49,700 nucleotides of DNA from an uncultured Gemmatimonadaceae bacterium (GCA_964446395.1 CAYUOK010000002.1:1-49700), one strand, 5' to 3'. Counted from the first letter of the stretch, positions 1-9,481 are shown. Notes: generated by a model from the letters alone, not told the origin. Translations and numbers: made by a program.

Positions 1-1
1 G

Positions 2-493
2 GCATCGGGCTCGGAGGCCGCCACCCTGGCCGCGGCCGCGGCGGAGCCTGGCGCCCCCGCCGCCATCGAGAAGCTGCTCGAGGCCGGCGCCGACCCGGAG
101 TTCCCCGCCGCGTTCCTCGTGCACCGGTTCCGGCAGTTCGTGCGGGAAAGCTTCGAGATCATCCCCGCGGCGGCGGCCGCACTGGAGCGCGGAGACCTGG
201 CCGCATTCGGGCGGCAGGTGGACGCGTCGCAAGCCGGTGCCGAGGAAGGCCTGGAGAATCAGGTGCCCGAGACGATTCACCTGGCGCGCCGGGCGCGCGC
301 GCTCGGGGCGCACGCGGCGTCGTCCTTCGGGGCCGGATTCGGCGGCAGCGTGTGGGCGATGGTGGAACGCGATGCCGTGGACAGCTTCGGCCGCGCGTGG
401 ATGGACGGCTACCAGCGGGAATTCCCCGCCGCCGCGAGGCGCGCGCAATGCTTCCGAAGCGCGCTCGGGCCTGGGGCCCGGCGGCTCGACTGA
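2..493 (+). CDS. GHMP-family sugar kinase, C-terminal fragment (gene begins upstream of window)
   Basis: The frame is open from the window edge and continuous with ORF 119..493. It contains a GHMP motif-3-like 'SSFGAGFGGSVWAMV'. A sugar-related oxidoreductase gene starts 21 nt downstream. Confidence 0.6.
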   Translation, partial: ASGSEAATLAAAAAEPGAPAAIEKLLEAGADPEFPAAFLVHRFRQFVRESFEIIPAAAAALERGDLAAFGRQVDASQAGAEEGLENQVPETIHLARRARALGAHAASSFGAGFGGSVWAMVERDAVDSFGRAWMDGYQREFPAAARRAQCFRSALGPGARRLD

Positions 494-514
494 AGATTCC
501 GATCGGAGAAGACG

Positions 515-1870
515 ATGAGCGACTTCACGGACGAGACCCTTTCGCGGCGCGACTTCATCGGCGCGGGAGCGGCCGCAGCCGCGGCGGCCGGGTTCCTGCC
601 CTCCCCGGCGCCGGCCCCTGGGCACTCAGCCGCAACGCGGATGATCGGCGTCCCGTTCGAGGCCCGCGACGTGGTGCGCATCGGGCTCATCGGGGTCGGC
701 GGCCGGGGTCGGAGCCTCCTCCGCGACCTCCTGGCCATCGACGGCGTGCGGATCGCCGCCCTCTGCGACCTGGTGCCCGACCACGCAGCCCGGGGGGCCT
801 CGATGGTCCAGGAGGCCGGCCAGCGCGCCACACCCGCGCTCTTCGACGGGAGCGACGACGCCTGGGAGCGGCTGGTCGCCCTCGACGACCTCGACATCGT
901 CTACATCGCCACGCCGTGGAGCTGGCACGTCCCGATGGCGGTCGGCGCCATGCGCCAGGGAAAGCACGCGGCCGTGGAGGTTCCGGCCGCCGTGACGCTC
1001 GACGACTGCTGGACCCTGGTGGACGTCTCCGAACGGACCCGCCGCCATTGCGTCATGCTGGAGAACTGCTGCTACGGCTACAACGAGATGCTGGTGCTCA
1101 ACATGGTGAAGGCCGGCAAGTTCGGCCGGCTCACCCACGGGGAGTGCGCTTATATCCATGACCTCCGCGAACTCCTCCTGAGCGACGAAGGAGAGGGACT
1201 CTGGCGCCGTTTCCCCCACCTGCAGCTGGACGGGAACCTCTACCCGACGCACGGCCTGGGGCCGGTGGCCAACTACCTGGCCATCAACCGCGGTGACCGG
1301 TTCGACTACCTCGTCTCGATGAGCAGCCTCGAGGCCGGGTTGACGGAGTATCGCGACGAACATGTGGCGCCCAGCGACCCCAAGCGGCAGGAGCGCTACC
1401 GCACCGGCGACATGAACACCTCCCTCATCAAGACGGCCCTTGGGCGGACCGTCATGCTCCAGCACGACGTGGTGAGCCCCCGGCCGTACAGCCGCATCAA
1501 CCTCATCTCGGGCACGCGGGGCACGTTCGCCGACTACCCGGCGCGGATCATGCTCGAGGGGCAGCCGGAAGGGGACAAGTGGACCGGGCTCGACGCCTAC
1601 AAGGCGGAGTATGAGAGCCCGCTCTGGACGCGGGTCGGGGAGCTCGCACGGAAGCTCGGCGGGCATGGCGGCATGGACTTCATCATGAACTACCGGATGG
1701 TGCAGTGCCTGCGGGAGGGGCTGGTGCCGGACATGGACGTGTACGACGCGGCGGCCTGGAGCGCGCCGGGACCGCTCAGCGTCACGTCGGTGGCGAAGGG
1801 GAGCAAGCCGGTGGACGTGCCTGACTTCACGCGCGGCGCCTGGAAGACGCCGCGGGCGGTGATGGGCTAG
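515..1870 (+). CDS. Gfo/Idh/MocA-family NAD-dependent oxidoreductase / GH109-like glycosidase with Tat signal
   Basis: ATG is preceded by GGAGA. 'LSRRDFIGAGAAAAAAAGF' is a twin-arginine signal and 'RIGLIGVGGRGRS' is a Rossmann motif. The 'MLENCCYGYNEMLVLNMV' block matches my recollection of GH109/Gfo-Idh-MocA proteins. Confidence 0.8.
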   Translation: MSDFTDETLSRRDFIGAGAAAAAAAGFLPSPAPAPGHSAATRMIGVPFEARDVVRIGLIGVGGRGRSLLRDLLAIDGVRIAALCDLVPDHAARGASMVQEAGQRATPALFDGSDDAWERLVALDDLDIVYIATPWSWHVPMAVGAMRQGKHAAVEVPAAVTLDDCWTLVDVSERTRRHCVMLENCCYGYNEMLVLNMVKAGKFGRLTHGECAYIHDLRELLLSDEGEGLWRRFPHLQLDGNLYPTHGLGPVANYLAINRGDRFDYLVSMSSLEAGLTEYRDEHVAPSDPKRQERYRTGDMNTSLIKTALGRTVMLQHDVVSPRPYSRINLISGTRGTFADYPARIMLEGQPEGDKWTGLDAYKAEYESPLWTRVGELARKLGGHGGMDFIMNYRMVQCLREGLVPDMDVYDAAAWSAPGPLSVTSVAKGSKPVDVPDFTRGAWKTPRAVMG

Positions 1871-2529
1871 GCGCCGTTCGCGGCAAGAACCAGCGCGCGG
1901 ACCTCGGCGGCGTCGGCGGGGGTGCGGCTGTGGATCTCGGCCACGCCGCTCGAGCGCACCAGCGCGGCCGCGTTGTGCGCACGGACCGACCCGCCCGCGA
2001 GGATCACGATCCGGCCTGCGGCCTGGCGCACCAGCGCCCGGAGCCGATCCACGCCGTCCGCGGCGGTCGGGGCGCCTCCCGAGGTCAGGACCCGCCTGAC
2101 GCCCAGCCCGATCAACTCCTCCAGCGCGGCCGCCTGGTCGGGCACCTGGTCGAACGCCCGGTGAAAGGTCAACGGGAGCGCCCCTGCGGCGGCCAGGACC
2201 GCCTCGACGGCCACTCGGTCCACGGCGCCCTCGTCCGTCAGCGCCCCAGCCACGACACCCGCCGCCCCCAGGTCGGCCGCCCGCCGGACCTGCTCCACCA
2301 GTAACCCGAGTCCCGGGCGGCCCACCACGAACGATCCGGGCGTGGGGCGGACGAGGACGAACACCGGGATCGCGAGCCGCCGGAGGCACTCTCGGACGAG
2401 CTCGTCCGGCGGAGTCACGCCCCCGACCTCTAGCGAGGCACAGACCTCCACCCGGCCCGCCCCGCCCTGCTCTGCCGCGAGGGCGGCGGCAAGCGATTCA
2501 ACGCAGGCTTCGAGGACGATGCGCGGCAT
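1867..2529 (-). CDS. cutC: copper homeostasis protein CutC family
   Basis: The internal start 'MPRIVLEACVESLAAALAAEQGGAGRVEVC...FHRAFD...RVLTSGG' aligns along its length with my recollection of CutC. Its stop overlaps the convergent upstream gene's stop in a CTAG tetranucleotide (1867-1870). Confidence 0.85.
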   Translation of the reverse strand: MPRIVLEACVESLAAALAAEQGGAGRVEVCASLEVGGVTPPDELVRECLRRLAIPVFVLVRPTPGSFVVGRPGLGLLVEQVRRAADLGAAGVVAGALTDEGAVDRVAVEAVLAAAGALPLTFHRAFDQVPDQAAALEELIGLGVRRVLTSGGAPTAADGVDRLRALVRQAAGRIVILAGGSVRAHNAAALVRSSGVAEIHSRTPADAAEVRALVLAANGA

Positions 2530-2663
2530 CGGGACAAGATCGCTCCCCAAGGCGCCCGGCGGCAGGGCCCGCCACGACCCTTCCCTCCACGCGCCGCGCA
2601 CTGCATCTTCAACCCGGTGCCGGCCAAGCGGCCGGCGAGTGATCCACCACCTGGAGGAACACC

Positions 2664-3221
2664 ATGCTGAGCCTTACCCTGCTGGCCCTGGTCGGCGCCC
2701 TGACCGCCGCGCCGGCGGACACCACATACAACGGCGTGAAGCTGCCGGGCACGGTCGACGTGGCCGGTCACGCACTGGTCCTGAACGGCGTGGCGCTTCG
2801 CAAGAAGGCGGTCTTCAAGGTGTACGTGGCGGGCCTGTACCTCACCGCCAAGTCCACCGACGCCGACGCGGTGCTGGCGGCGGACGCCCCGCGCCGGATG
2901 GTGATGCAGTTCCTGCGCGACGTCGGCAAGGACAAGATGTGCGAGGCGTGGGACGAGGCGCTCGCCAACAACACGCCGAACGCCTCCGCCCAGCTCAAGG
3001 CGGAGTTCGTGACGCTGTGCGGCTACATGGAAGACATCAAGGACACCCAGCAGTTCGTCTTCACCTACGTGCCCGGCACCGGCACCGAGGTGAGCGTGGC
3101 TGGTGTCGTGAAGGGCACCATCGCCGGGAAGGACTTCGCCGACGCGCTGTTCAAGGCGTGGATCGGTCCGAAGCCGGGCCCGGGCGAGGGGTTCAAGAAG
3201 AATTTGATGGGAACGAAATAG
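2664..3221 (+). CDS. chalcone-isomerase-like family secreted protein
   Basis: ATG follows GGAGGA. The protein has an N-terminal signal peptide. 'VFKVYVAGLYL' and 'FADALFKAWIG' are typical of bacterial chalcone_isomerase-like proteins (recollection). Confidence 0.7.
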   Translation: MLSLTLLALVGALTAAPADTTYNGVKLPGTVDVAGHALVLNGVALRKKAVFKVYVAGLYLTAKSTDADAVLAADAPRRMVMQFLRDVGKDKMCEAWDEALANNTPNASAQLKAEFVTLCGYMEDIKDTQQFVFTYVPGTGTEVSVAGVVKGTIAGKDFADALFKAWIGPKPGPGEGFKKNLMGTK

Positions 3222-3234
3222 GGCGGGACAGTCC

Positions 3235-3336
3235 GGCAGCGGGGCAGCGGGGCCGTCGGCTCCGATGCAGGACGGGCGGTCGCCACCTCGGCGCACCGCC
3301 CGTTTCACTTCCTGCCCCCCTGCCCCGCAGCCCCCC
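3235..3336. repeat. inverted G-rich/C-rich octamer blocks between convergent genes
   Basis: 'GGCAGCGGGGCAGCGGGG' (3235-3252) and 'CTGCCCCCCTGCCCCGCAGCCCCCC' (3312-3336) lie in inverted orientation around about 60 nt. Together they fill the gap between the stops at 3221 and 3337. The same octamer family recurs at 9153-9190, 9482-9513 and 9763-9890. Confidence 0.7.
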
Positions 3337-6300
3337 CTATTTCTTTTCCCCCGCGAGCTCCGCCATCCGCGCGCGTGCGTCCTTGACCTGGGGCTGCAGC
3401 ACCGGGTCCGCGTCCCGCCACAACTCAGCGAACTTTCCGTAATACTCCAGCGCCTTGGCGCGGTCGCCCTTCACCTCGTACATCTCGCCAAGCCGCTTGT
3501 AGGTGGGCCCCAGCGTCCATGCCTCGTCGCCGTTATTCGCCCGCTCGACGGTTTCCGTGACCGACCGCTCATACCGCACCAGCGCGGAATCGGCCTCGCC
3601 CGCGCGGTCCCAGGCCCGCGCGGCGTCGGTCAGGGTGCAGCTCGGGCATCTCGTTCGGTTGCGGTACTCGTCGTAGGCCATGGCGGCGTCCCGCCACCGA
3701 CCTTCGGCCTGGGCATTCAGCGCCGCCCAGTAGATCGAATCGGCCGCCGAGCGCTCCTCCTGCGGGCGCGCCCGGGTCCATTCGGCCTGAAGTTGCCGGA
3801 CCTTGTCCGCTCGACCGGCCAGGGCGTACGCGTACCCGAGCGCCTGATAGGGCCGTTCGGCGACCGGAAGGCTCTCGAGCACAGGCCGCGGAAAGAGCGA
3901 GTCGGCGGCCCGCGCCATCGCCTGGGTATCTCCAAGGAAGAAGACACCGACTTGCGCCGGGATGCTCTGCAGGTAGAGGGCGTTCCCGCGCGCGCCGACG
4001 GCGGCCATCGCCGGGGCGAGCTGGGCTGCCATCCGTTCCGACTCCGCAACCCGCCCCAGGGCCATGGCAACTCCCATCCGCTCGAACTGCATCGTAATTC
4101 GTTGCGCCTGCGCGGTCGGGACCCGAAGGGCCGGGTCCTTGAGGAGCGAGTCCACGGTGTGGTAGTCGCGCTGCATGTAGTACCCGACCCGAATCATGTC
4201 ATCGGGACGGGTGGACTCCGGCCAGCGCCGCCGGAACTCGGCCAGCACCGAGTCGGCCGCGGCCCGCTTCCCCTGCCCCATGAGCGACACGGAAAGATTC
4301 AGGAATCCGCCCTGAAGACTCGTCGTTTCCACGAGATGCCGGAGCAGTGGCTCGGCCTCCGCCGCGCGGCCCTGGTCGTTCAGCATCAGCCCGAGGTTGT
4401 TGAGCGCGGTCGGTTCGTCGGGGTCCGCGGCCAGCACGGCCCGATACGCCGCCTCTTCCTTGTCGATGTCACCGGTGACGGCACTGTGATAGTAGGCCTC
4501 GGTGAGCCCCCGTTCGACCGGGGGGAGCCGGTCGCGGAAGTCGTAGGCCCGCTTCGCGGCATCCTTTGCTTCCGCGCCACCGCCGATGACCGCCTGTGGC
4601 AGCACTACCGCCAGCTTCCGCCACGCCATCGCGAAGGTGCTGTCCACGCCGACCGCCTGCCGCAGCAGCGTGACGGCGTCTTCCGGACGGCCCGCCGCAT
4701 GGGCCCGCACCGCCTCGGTGTAGAGCCGCAGCGCCTCCAGCGAGGAGGTGGTGACCTGCTCGAGCCGGTCGCCGCCGCGGATGTTGCCGAGTGACTCGCC
4801 GACCCGCTCACGGAGCGCCTTGGACAGCCGGTCCACCGCCGAAATGAGCTGGGTGGCGTCGCTGGCGGTCTCCCGGAGCGGCACCAGGGTCTCGCCATTC
4901 GTGGCATTGATCACCCGCGCAGCGAGGGAGTACCCCGAACCGAGCGAGGTGATCTCCCCGGTGATGATCGCCTTGATCCCCTCGCGCCGCGCCACCTCAG
5001 TTGCCAGCGCCTGGTCGAGCCGCGCGTCGGCCGACTGGCCCATCCGCTGCAGCGCCGCCTGCAGGTCGTTCGGCTCCACCACCCGCATGACGTTCGACTG
5101 GCCGAGGTCGATCCGGAGCGCCTCCGTCACCGAGGCGCCCAGGCTGGCATCGCTGGTCCGGTTGTCGAATTCCACCAGGATGATGCGGTCCTGGGCCGCG
5201 AGCACTCCCGTGCTCATCAGCGTGCTTCCGGGCCCGATGCCGAGCTTCCGCGAGACCAGGTAGCCTCCGGCGAGGACCGCGACCAGGCCGAGCGCCAAAC
5301 CACCCCCGAGAATCGTCCGCCGCCAGGTGAACCAGCCGTGATGCGCAGGCTCCGGCTCGAAGCGGAGTGTCCCCATGGTCATGGCCACGGCGCGCTTCCG
5401 TTCCACCCGACCGGTGTATGCGATGATCGGCAGGCCGATGGCCATCGCGGCGGCGGCCCCCTGCCAGATCCAGTCGGGCAGGTCGAAGATGCGCGTCAGG
5501 CCGTATGCGGCGGCGATGACCGCCGCGGAGGCGAGCGCGAAGAGCCCCAGCACGCGCGCGGGGGAGGACCGCCGGACCGCGGCTGCGGCGTCGTGGCGCG
5601 CGGTGGAGACCGGTGTGCTGGAGATCGGGGTCGTCCCGCCCGTCGGCGTGGCCATCGAATCGAGCCGGGCGGCGATCTCGTCCGCGCTCTGGATCCGGTC
5701 GGCGGGGTTCTTCTCCAGGCAGCGGAGGACGAGGTCGTTCATCGCGGGCGGGATGGTGTTGCGATACCGCGCGGGCGGTTCGGGGCGCTCGGCGATGTGC
5801 GCCGCCAGCATCCCCTGCGGCGTGGGCGCCACGAACGGCGTCCGGCCGCAGAGCATTTCGTACGCCATGGCACCGACGGCGTAGATGTCGGCGCGCTGGT
5901 CCACGCGCGGGTCCGCCGCCGCCTGCTCGGGCGACATGTACGCCGGAGTGCCGAGCGCGATGCCCAGCGAGGTGAGGTTGGTGTGGCCGTCGCCGCTGGA
6001 GGCGCTCACCGCCTTGGCGACGCCGAAATCCGTCACCAGGGCGTGCTTCCCGGACAGCATCACGTTGTCGGGCTTGATGTCGCGATGCACCACGCCGTGC
6101 CGGTGGGAATAGGCGAGCGCGTCCACCACGTCGTGCAGGATCCGGAGCACTTCGCTCATCGGCAGTGCCCCCTCGCGCGCCAGGCGCGCGCGGAGCGACT
6201 CCCCGTCGATGAAGGGCATGACGTAGTAGGCGAGGTCGGCGTTGGCGCCGGCCGTCAGCAACTGGACGATATGCGGATGCTGGAGGGAGGCCGCGAGCTG

Positions 6301-6492
6301 GATCTCGCGCTCGAACCGCTCGGCGTTCACGCCCGCGGCCATGTCGGGCGGGAGCACCTTGATGACGACGCGCCGGCCGAGCCGGGCTTCCTCGGCCAGG
6401 AAGACGCGGCTCATCCCGCCGCCCCCGAGTTCCCGGAGAATGCGGTAATTGTCGCCGAGGGCCGCGTGCAGGCGGTCCGACAGTTCGGCCAT
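3337..6492 (-). CDS. Ser/Thr protein kinase with TM segment, periplasmic domain and C-terminal TPR repeats
   Basis: The internal ATG gives 'MAELSDRL...YRILRELGGGGMSRVFLAEE..VVIKVL' (Gly-loop and VAIK-like Lys). 'HRDIKPDN' and 'DFGVAK' are also present. The long C-terminal region is TPR-like. Confidence 0.9.
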   Translation of the reverse strand: MAELSDRLHAALGDNYRILRELGGGGMSRVFLAEEARLGRRVVIKVLPPDMAAGVNAERFEREIQLAASLQHPHIVQLLTAGANADLAYYVMPFIDGESLRARLAREGALPMSEVLRILHDVVDALAYSHRHGVVHRDIKPDNVMLSGKHALVTDFGVAKAVSASSGDGHTNLTSLGIALGTPAYMSPEQAAADPRVDQRADIYAVGAMAYEMLCGRTPFVAPTPQGMLAAHIAERPEPPARYRNTIPPAMNDLVLRCLEKNPADRIQSADEIAARLDSMATPTGGTTPISSTPVSTARHDAAAAVRRSSPARVLGLFALASAAVIAAAYGLTRIFDLPDWIWQGAAAAMAIGLPIIAYTGRVERKRAVAMTMGTLRFEPEPAHHGWFTWRRTILGGGLALGLVAVLAGGYLVSRKLGIGPGSTLMSTGVLAAQDRIILVEFDNRTSDASLGASVTEALRIDLGQSNVMRVVEPNDLQAALQRMGQSADARLDQALATEVARREGIKAIITGEITSLGSGYSLAARVINATNGETLVPLRETASDATQLISAVDRLSKALRERVGESLGNIRGGDRLEQVTTSSLEALRLYTEAVRAHAAGRPEDAVTLLRQAVGVDSTFAMAWRKLAVVLPQAVIGGGAEAKDAAKRAYDFRDRLPPVERGLTEAYYHSAVTGDIDKEEAAYRAVLAADPDEPTALNNLGLMLNDQGRAAEAEPLLRHLVETTSLQGGFLNLSVSLMGQGKRAAADSVLAEFRRRWPESTRPDDMIRVGYYMQRDYHTVDSLLKDPALRVPTAQAQRITMQFERMGVAMALGRVAESERMAAQLAPAMAAVGARGNALYLQSIPAQVGVFFLGDTQAMARAADSLFPRPVLESLPVAERPYQALGYAYALAGRADKVRQLQAEWTRARPQEERSAADSIYWAALNAQAEGRWRDAAMAYDEYRNRTRCPSCTLTDAARAWDRAGEADSALVRYERSVTETVERANNGDEAWTLGPTYKRLGEMYEVKGDRAKALEYYGKFAELWRDADPVLQPQVKDARARMAELAGEKK

Positions 6493-6626
6493 GCGTTCTC
6501 CGGTCGGGGAAATCACGGGAATAATGTCCTCGAAGGGCGCCGCAGGGAAGGAAGCCCCCCGGCGGCTCCGGGACGCCTTGCCAACCGACGGCCGGGAGCG
6601 GAAGTTGGGGCCAGAGGAGAGCCCCC

Positions 6627-7493
6627 ATGCCCGAGAGCGGCGCCAGTCAGCAACGCCCGACACGGAAGGACGTGGACATCTTCGGGATGTGCCACCTGGG
6701 CCTCGTGCGGAAGGTGAACCAGGACCATTTCCTCGTCGCCAGCCTTCACAAGTCGATGCAGCTCCACCAGACCACCCTCCCCAACGACGGCCTCGGCTCG
6801 CTGGTCAGCGGCGCCCGAGGCTACGTCTTCCTTGTGGCCGACGGCGTCGGGAGCACCCCCTGGGGCGAGCAGGCCAGCGGCTCCGCGCTCCGCGCGATCG
6901 CCGATTACGTGATTCACGGCATGGACCTCGAGTCCGTCCCCGACACCGACCACGAACACCGCGTGGTGGACCGGCTCCGCCGCTCCGTCGAGCACGGGCA
7001 CCAGGCCATCCGCGACGCGGGAGAGGCCGAGGGCAAGCGGGGCATGGCCACCACCCTCACGATGGTGACCATCCACTGGCCGCGGGCCTACGTGATTCAC
7101 GTCGGCGACAGCCGCGCCTACCGCCTCCGCAACGGCACGCTGACCCAGATCACCAAGGACCAGACCATGGCGCAGGCCATGGTGGACGCCGGCGCGCTGA
7201 CCCAGGCCGCGGCCGAGCAGAGCCGCCTCAAGCACATCCTCTGGAGCGCGCTCGGCGGCAAGGAGGCGGCGCCGGAGGTGACGACGCTGGACTGCGAGTG
7301 GGAGGACGTGATGCTCCTCTGCAGCGACGGGCTCACCAAGCACGTGTCCGACGACGAAATCCGCGAGCACCTGCTCCGCGGCGATTCCGCCGAGGTCTGC
7401 TGTCACGCCCTCGTGGACCTCGCGCTGGCGCGGGGAGGCAGCGACAACGTGACCGTCGTCATCGGGCGGCTCCGGGGCCCACGGCCCACTTGA
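6627..7493 (+). CDS. PP2C-family Ser/Thr protein phosphatase
   Basis: ATG is preceded by GAGGAGA. PP2C motifs 'VNQDHF', 'FLVADGVG', 'LLCSDGLT' and 'GGSDNVTVV' are present. The gene is divergent from the kinase gene. Confidence 0.9.
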   Translation: MPESGASQQRPTRKDVDIFGMCHLGLVRKVNQDHFLVASLHKSMQLHQTTLPNDGLGSLVSGARGYVFLVADGVGSTPWGEQASGSALRAIADYVIHGMDLESVPDTDHEHRVVDRLRRSVEHGHQAIRDAGEAEGKRGMATTLTMVTIHWPRAYVIHVGDSRAYRLRNGTLTQITKDQTMAQAMVDAGALTQAAAEQSRLKHILWSALGGKEAAPEVTTLDCEWEDVMLLCSDGLTKHVSDDEIREHLLRGDSAEVCCHALVDLALARGGSDNVTVVIGRLRGPRPT

Positions 7494-7569
7494 CCGGCGC
7501 GGGGCGCGCCCCGATTCTTTCACCCGCCCGCCGTCCCAAGCCCCGGCCACCTGCCATCCAGAGGCGTCC

Positions 7570-8010
7570 ATGCGTCACCGGTTGCTCGTCACCCTGTTCG
7601 CCATCCTCCTCGCCGCCCCGCTCGCAGCGCAGGGAGGCGCCGCCGCCGCGCCGGTTGCGAGGCTCGACTCGGCGGCCACGATCCTGGCCGGCCGGAAGTA
7701 CACCGACTGGTTCTATGCCGACCTCGGCGACAGCATCGTCGCCCACAGCTCGCCCCAGGTGAAGGAAAAGGTCACCGCGGCGCAGCTCTCCGAGATCCAG
7801 GGCCAGCTCACGGCCCAGGTCGGGATCGAAGCGCAAGTCATTTCCGAGACCGTCGTCGCCTCCGACACGCTGTCAGCGTATCTCCGCGAGGTGAAGTTCG
7901 AGCTGATGGACGAGCCGCTGGTGCTGGCGTTCACCCTCGGCCGAACCGGGCTGATCTACGGCTTCTTCATCCGCCCGAAGAGCCAGATGCCCGCCGAACC
8001 GGCCCAGTAG
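7570..8010 (+). CDS. secreted hypothetical protein
   Basis: The signal peptide is 'MRHRLLVTLFAILLAAPLAAQG'. Amino-acid composition is normal, and the gene is followed by a strong hairpin. Confidence 0.6.
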   Translation: MRHRLLVTLFAILLAAPLAAQGGAAAAPVARLDSAATILAGRKYTDWFYADLGDSIVAHSSPQVKEKVTAAQLSEIQGQLTAQVGIEAQVISETVVASDTLSAYLREVKFELMDEPLVLAFTLGRTGLIYGFFIRPKSQMPAEPAQ

Positions 8011-8027
8011 CGTCGGGTGAATGCGAG

Positions 8028-8061
8028 AGCGGGGGTGCGCCGGACTCGGCGCACCCCCGCT
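8028..8061. terminator. bidirectional intrinsic-terminator-like hairpin
   Basis: 'AGCGGGGGTGCGCC-GGACTC-GGCGCACCCCCGCT' forms a perfect 14-bp stem. It sits between convergent genes and is followed by 'TCGTTCGTT'. Confidence 0.75.
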
Positions 8062-8081
8062 TCGTTCGTTCCGGGTCCTGA

Positions 8082-9077
8082 TCAGGTCCGTGCTGGTGGA
8101 GCGGCAGGAGCCGGAACCCCGGGGGTCGGCGCGGCGGGCGCCGCAGGCGCCCCTGGCGCCACCTTCACCTTCACCCTCGGCATCGACCCGGGTGCCGCCG
8201 GAGCGCCCGGAGGCGCGGCGCTCCGCCACCGCATCCCGCCCGGCATCTTCATGTGGGTCTGCGCGGGCACCGTCCACGACACCGTGCTCTTCTTCTTCAT
8301 GCGCATGATCTCGAACTTCGCGACGTCGCCGCCGTCGTAGCTGGCGAAGATCCGCCGGGCCTGCCCGACATCGGCCGGGACCCGCCCGTCGATCGCGAGG
8401 ATGACGTCGCCCGCCTTGATCGGCATCGTGGAGTCCGACGGGTTCTCCAGGACGAGGATCCCCTTCGAAGTCCCGAAGTACTCGCCGAGTCCCGCGTTCA
8501 TCTCGGCCAGTTCGAGCCCGAAGCCCCCACCGAACCGGAACGTGAACTGGTTCCCCATCCCTGCCATGGATCGCTCCATGTCACGAAGGGCGAATCCCTG
8601 GTCGCGCATCACACGGGCCCGTTCCCGCATCAGGGGCTCTATCTCGATCATTTCGGCGCCATCGGGGCGGGGCGCCCAGGCCCACGCGGTCCTGCCAAGG
8701 TCCGCCGCGACGATCGTGGCCGAGCGGTTCGCGGTGCCCCGGCGGTATTCGACCTTGACGGTGTCACCGGGGGAAAGCGCCTGGGCAAGCTCCACAAGCT
8801 TCTGCCCGGGATTGGTGCCGCCGAGCGCGGTGCCGTTGAACTTGGTGATGATGTCACCTGCCTCGAGCCCGGCCTTGGCCGCCGGACCGTCGGGCGTCAC
8901 CGACCCGACCGTGGCGCCGATCTTGTCGTTGGCGGCGCCGGCGTCGGTGTTCACCATCACGCCGATGCGGGGGCGGTCGGTCACGGTGAACACGGCGACC
9001 TCTTCGTCCTGCGCAAACCCGGCGCCTGGCAGGAGGACCAGGGCGCCGAGCGCCAGGGTGATCCAGGAACGTCTCAT
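8082..9077 (-). CDS. secreted protein with two PDZ domains
   Basis: The signal peptide is 'MRRSWITLALGALVLLPGAGFA'. Two PDZ-like blocks are present: 'GPAAKAGLEAGDIITKFNG' and 'MPIKAGDVILAIDG'. The C-terminal tail is Pro/Ala-rich. Confidence 0.8.
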   Translation of the reverse strand: MRRSWITLALGALVLLPGAGFAQDEEVAVFTVTDRPRIGVMVNTDAGAANDKIGATVGSVTPDGPAAKAGLEAGDIITKFNGTALGGTNPGQKLVELAQALSPGDTVKVEYRRGTANRSATIVAADLGRTAWAWAPRPDGAEMIEIEPLMRERARVMRDQGFALRDMERSMAGMGNQFTFRFGGGFGLELAEMNAGLGEYFGTSKGILVLENPSDSTMPIKAGDVILAIDGRVPADVGQARRIFASYDGGDVAKFEIMRMKKKSTVSWTVPAQTHMKMPGGMRWRSAAPPGAPAAPGSMPRVKVKVAPGAPAAPAAPTPGVPAPAAPPART

Positions 9078-9152
9078 ACGCTGTCTCCCTCGAGTGGTTG
9101 TCGGTTACGGGGGATTAGATGCGGATCGGGGGGGGATGGTCGCGAGGGGGCG

Positions 9153-9190
9153 GCGGGGAAGCGGGGAAGCGGGGAAGCGGGGAAGCGGGG
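9153..9190. repeat. tandem octamer array (GCGGGGAA)x4 plus a partial unit
   Basis: Read directly from the sequence: five GGGG tracts are separated by 4-nt loops. The array lies between the PDZ gene start and the antitoxin promoter. Confidence 0.9.
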
Positions 9191-9213
9191 CGGAGCCTGA
9201 TATATCGCCACCA

Positions 9214-9258
9214 TTGACTCAAGGAGATAGACCTTGTACGTTTTGTACGAAGCGTACG
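9214..9258 (+). promoter_or_regulatory. sigma70-like promoter with three GTACG operator-like cores
   Basis: TTGACT (9214-9219), a 17-nt spacer and TACGTT (9237-9242) lie in an unusually AT-rich patch. GTACG cores occur at 9236, 9245 and 9254, a 9-nt spacing. AGGAG lies 6 nt before the ATG at 9288. Confidence 0.5.
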
Positions 9259-9287
9259 TTTTCGTGAAATTGATCTCAGGAGCGCCG

Positions 9288-9476
9288 ATGGAACGGACCA
9301 CCCTGCCAGTCTCGATGGCCCGGAGCAGCTTCTCCGACCTCCTCAACGAGGTCCTGGTCTATGGGGAGCGGATCGTGCTGGAGCGCCACGGGAAGGCGGT
9401 GGCGGCTATCGTGTCGGTGGCCGACCTGGAGCGGCTGGAAGCGATGGAGGGCGCACCCAACGAGGGGGACAGATGA
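9288..9476 (+). CDS. Phd/YefM-family type II antitoxin, with no cognate toxin gene downstream
   Basis: 'ARSSFSDLLNEVLVYGERIVLERHGKAVAAIVSVADLERLE' matches the Phd/YefM N-terminal fold signature (recollection). The internal ATG has an SD sequence. Confidence 0.7.
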   Translation: MERTTLPVSMARSSFSDLLNEVLVYGERIVLERHGKAVAAIVSVADLERLEAMEGAPNEGDR

Positions 9477-9481
9477 ACATC

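Noticed and set aside
626-2389. A 587-aa minus-strand ORF spans the oxidoreductase and cutC region. Similar giant ORFs occur elsewhere, for example 3265..4794 +, 5338..6717 +, 15937..17757 +, 17634..19046 +, 22828..24438 + and 23156..24673 -.
   Set aside because: The composition is extremely Arg/Gly/Pro/Ala/His-rich. The ORFs are antisense or out of frame relative to genes with clear conserved motifs. This is the expected artefact of stop-codon depletion in very GC-rich DNA.
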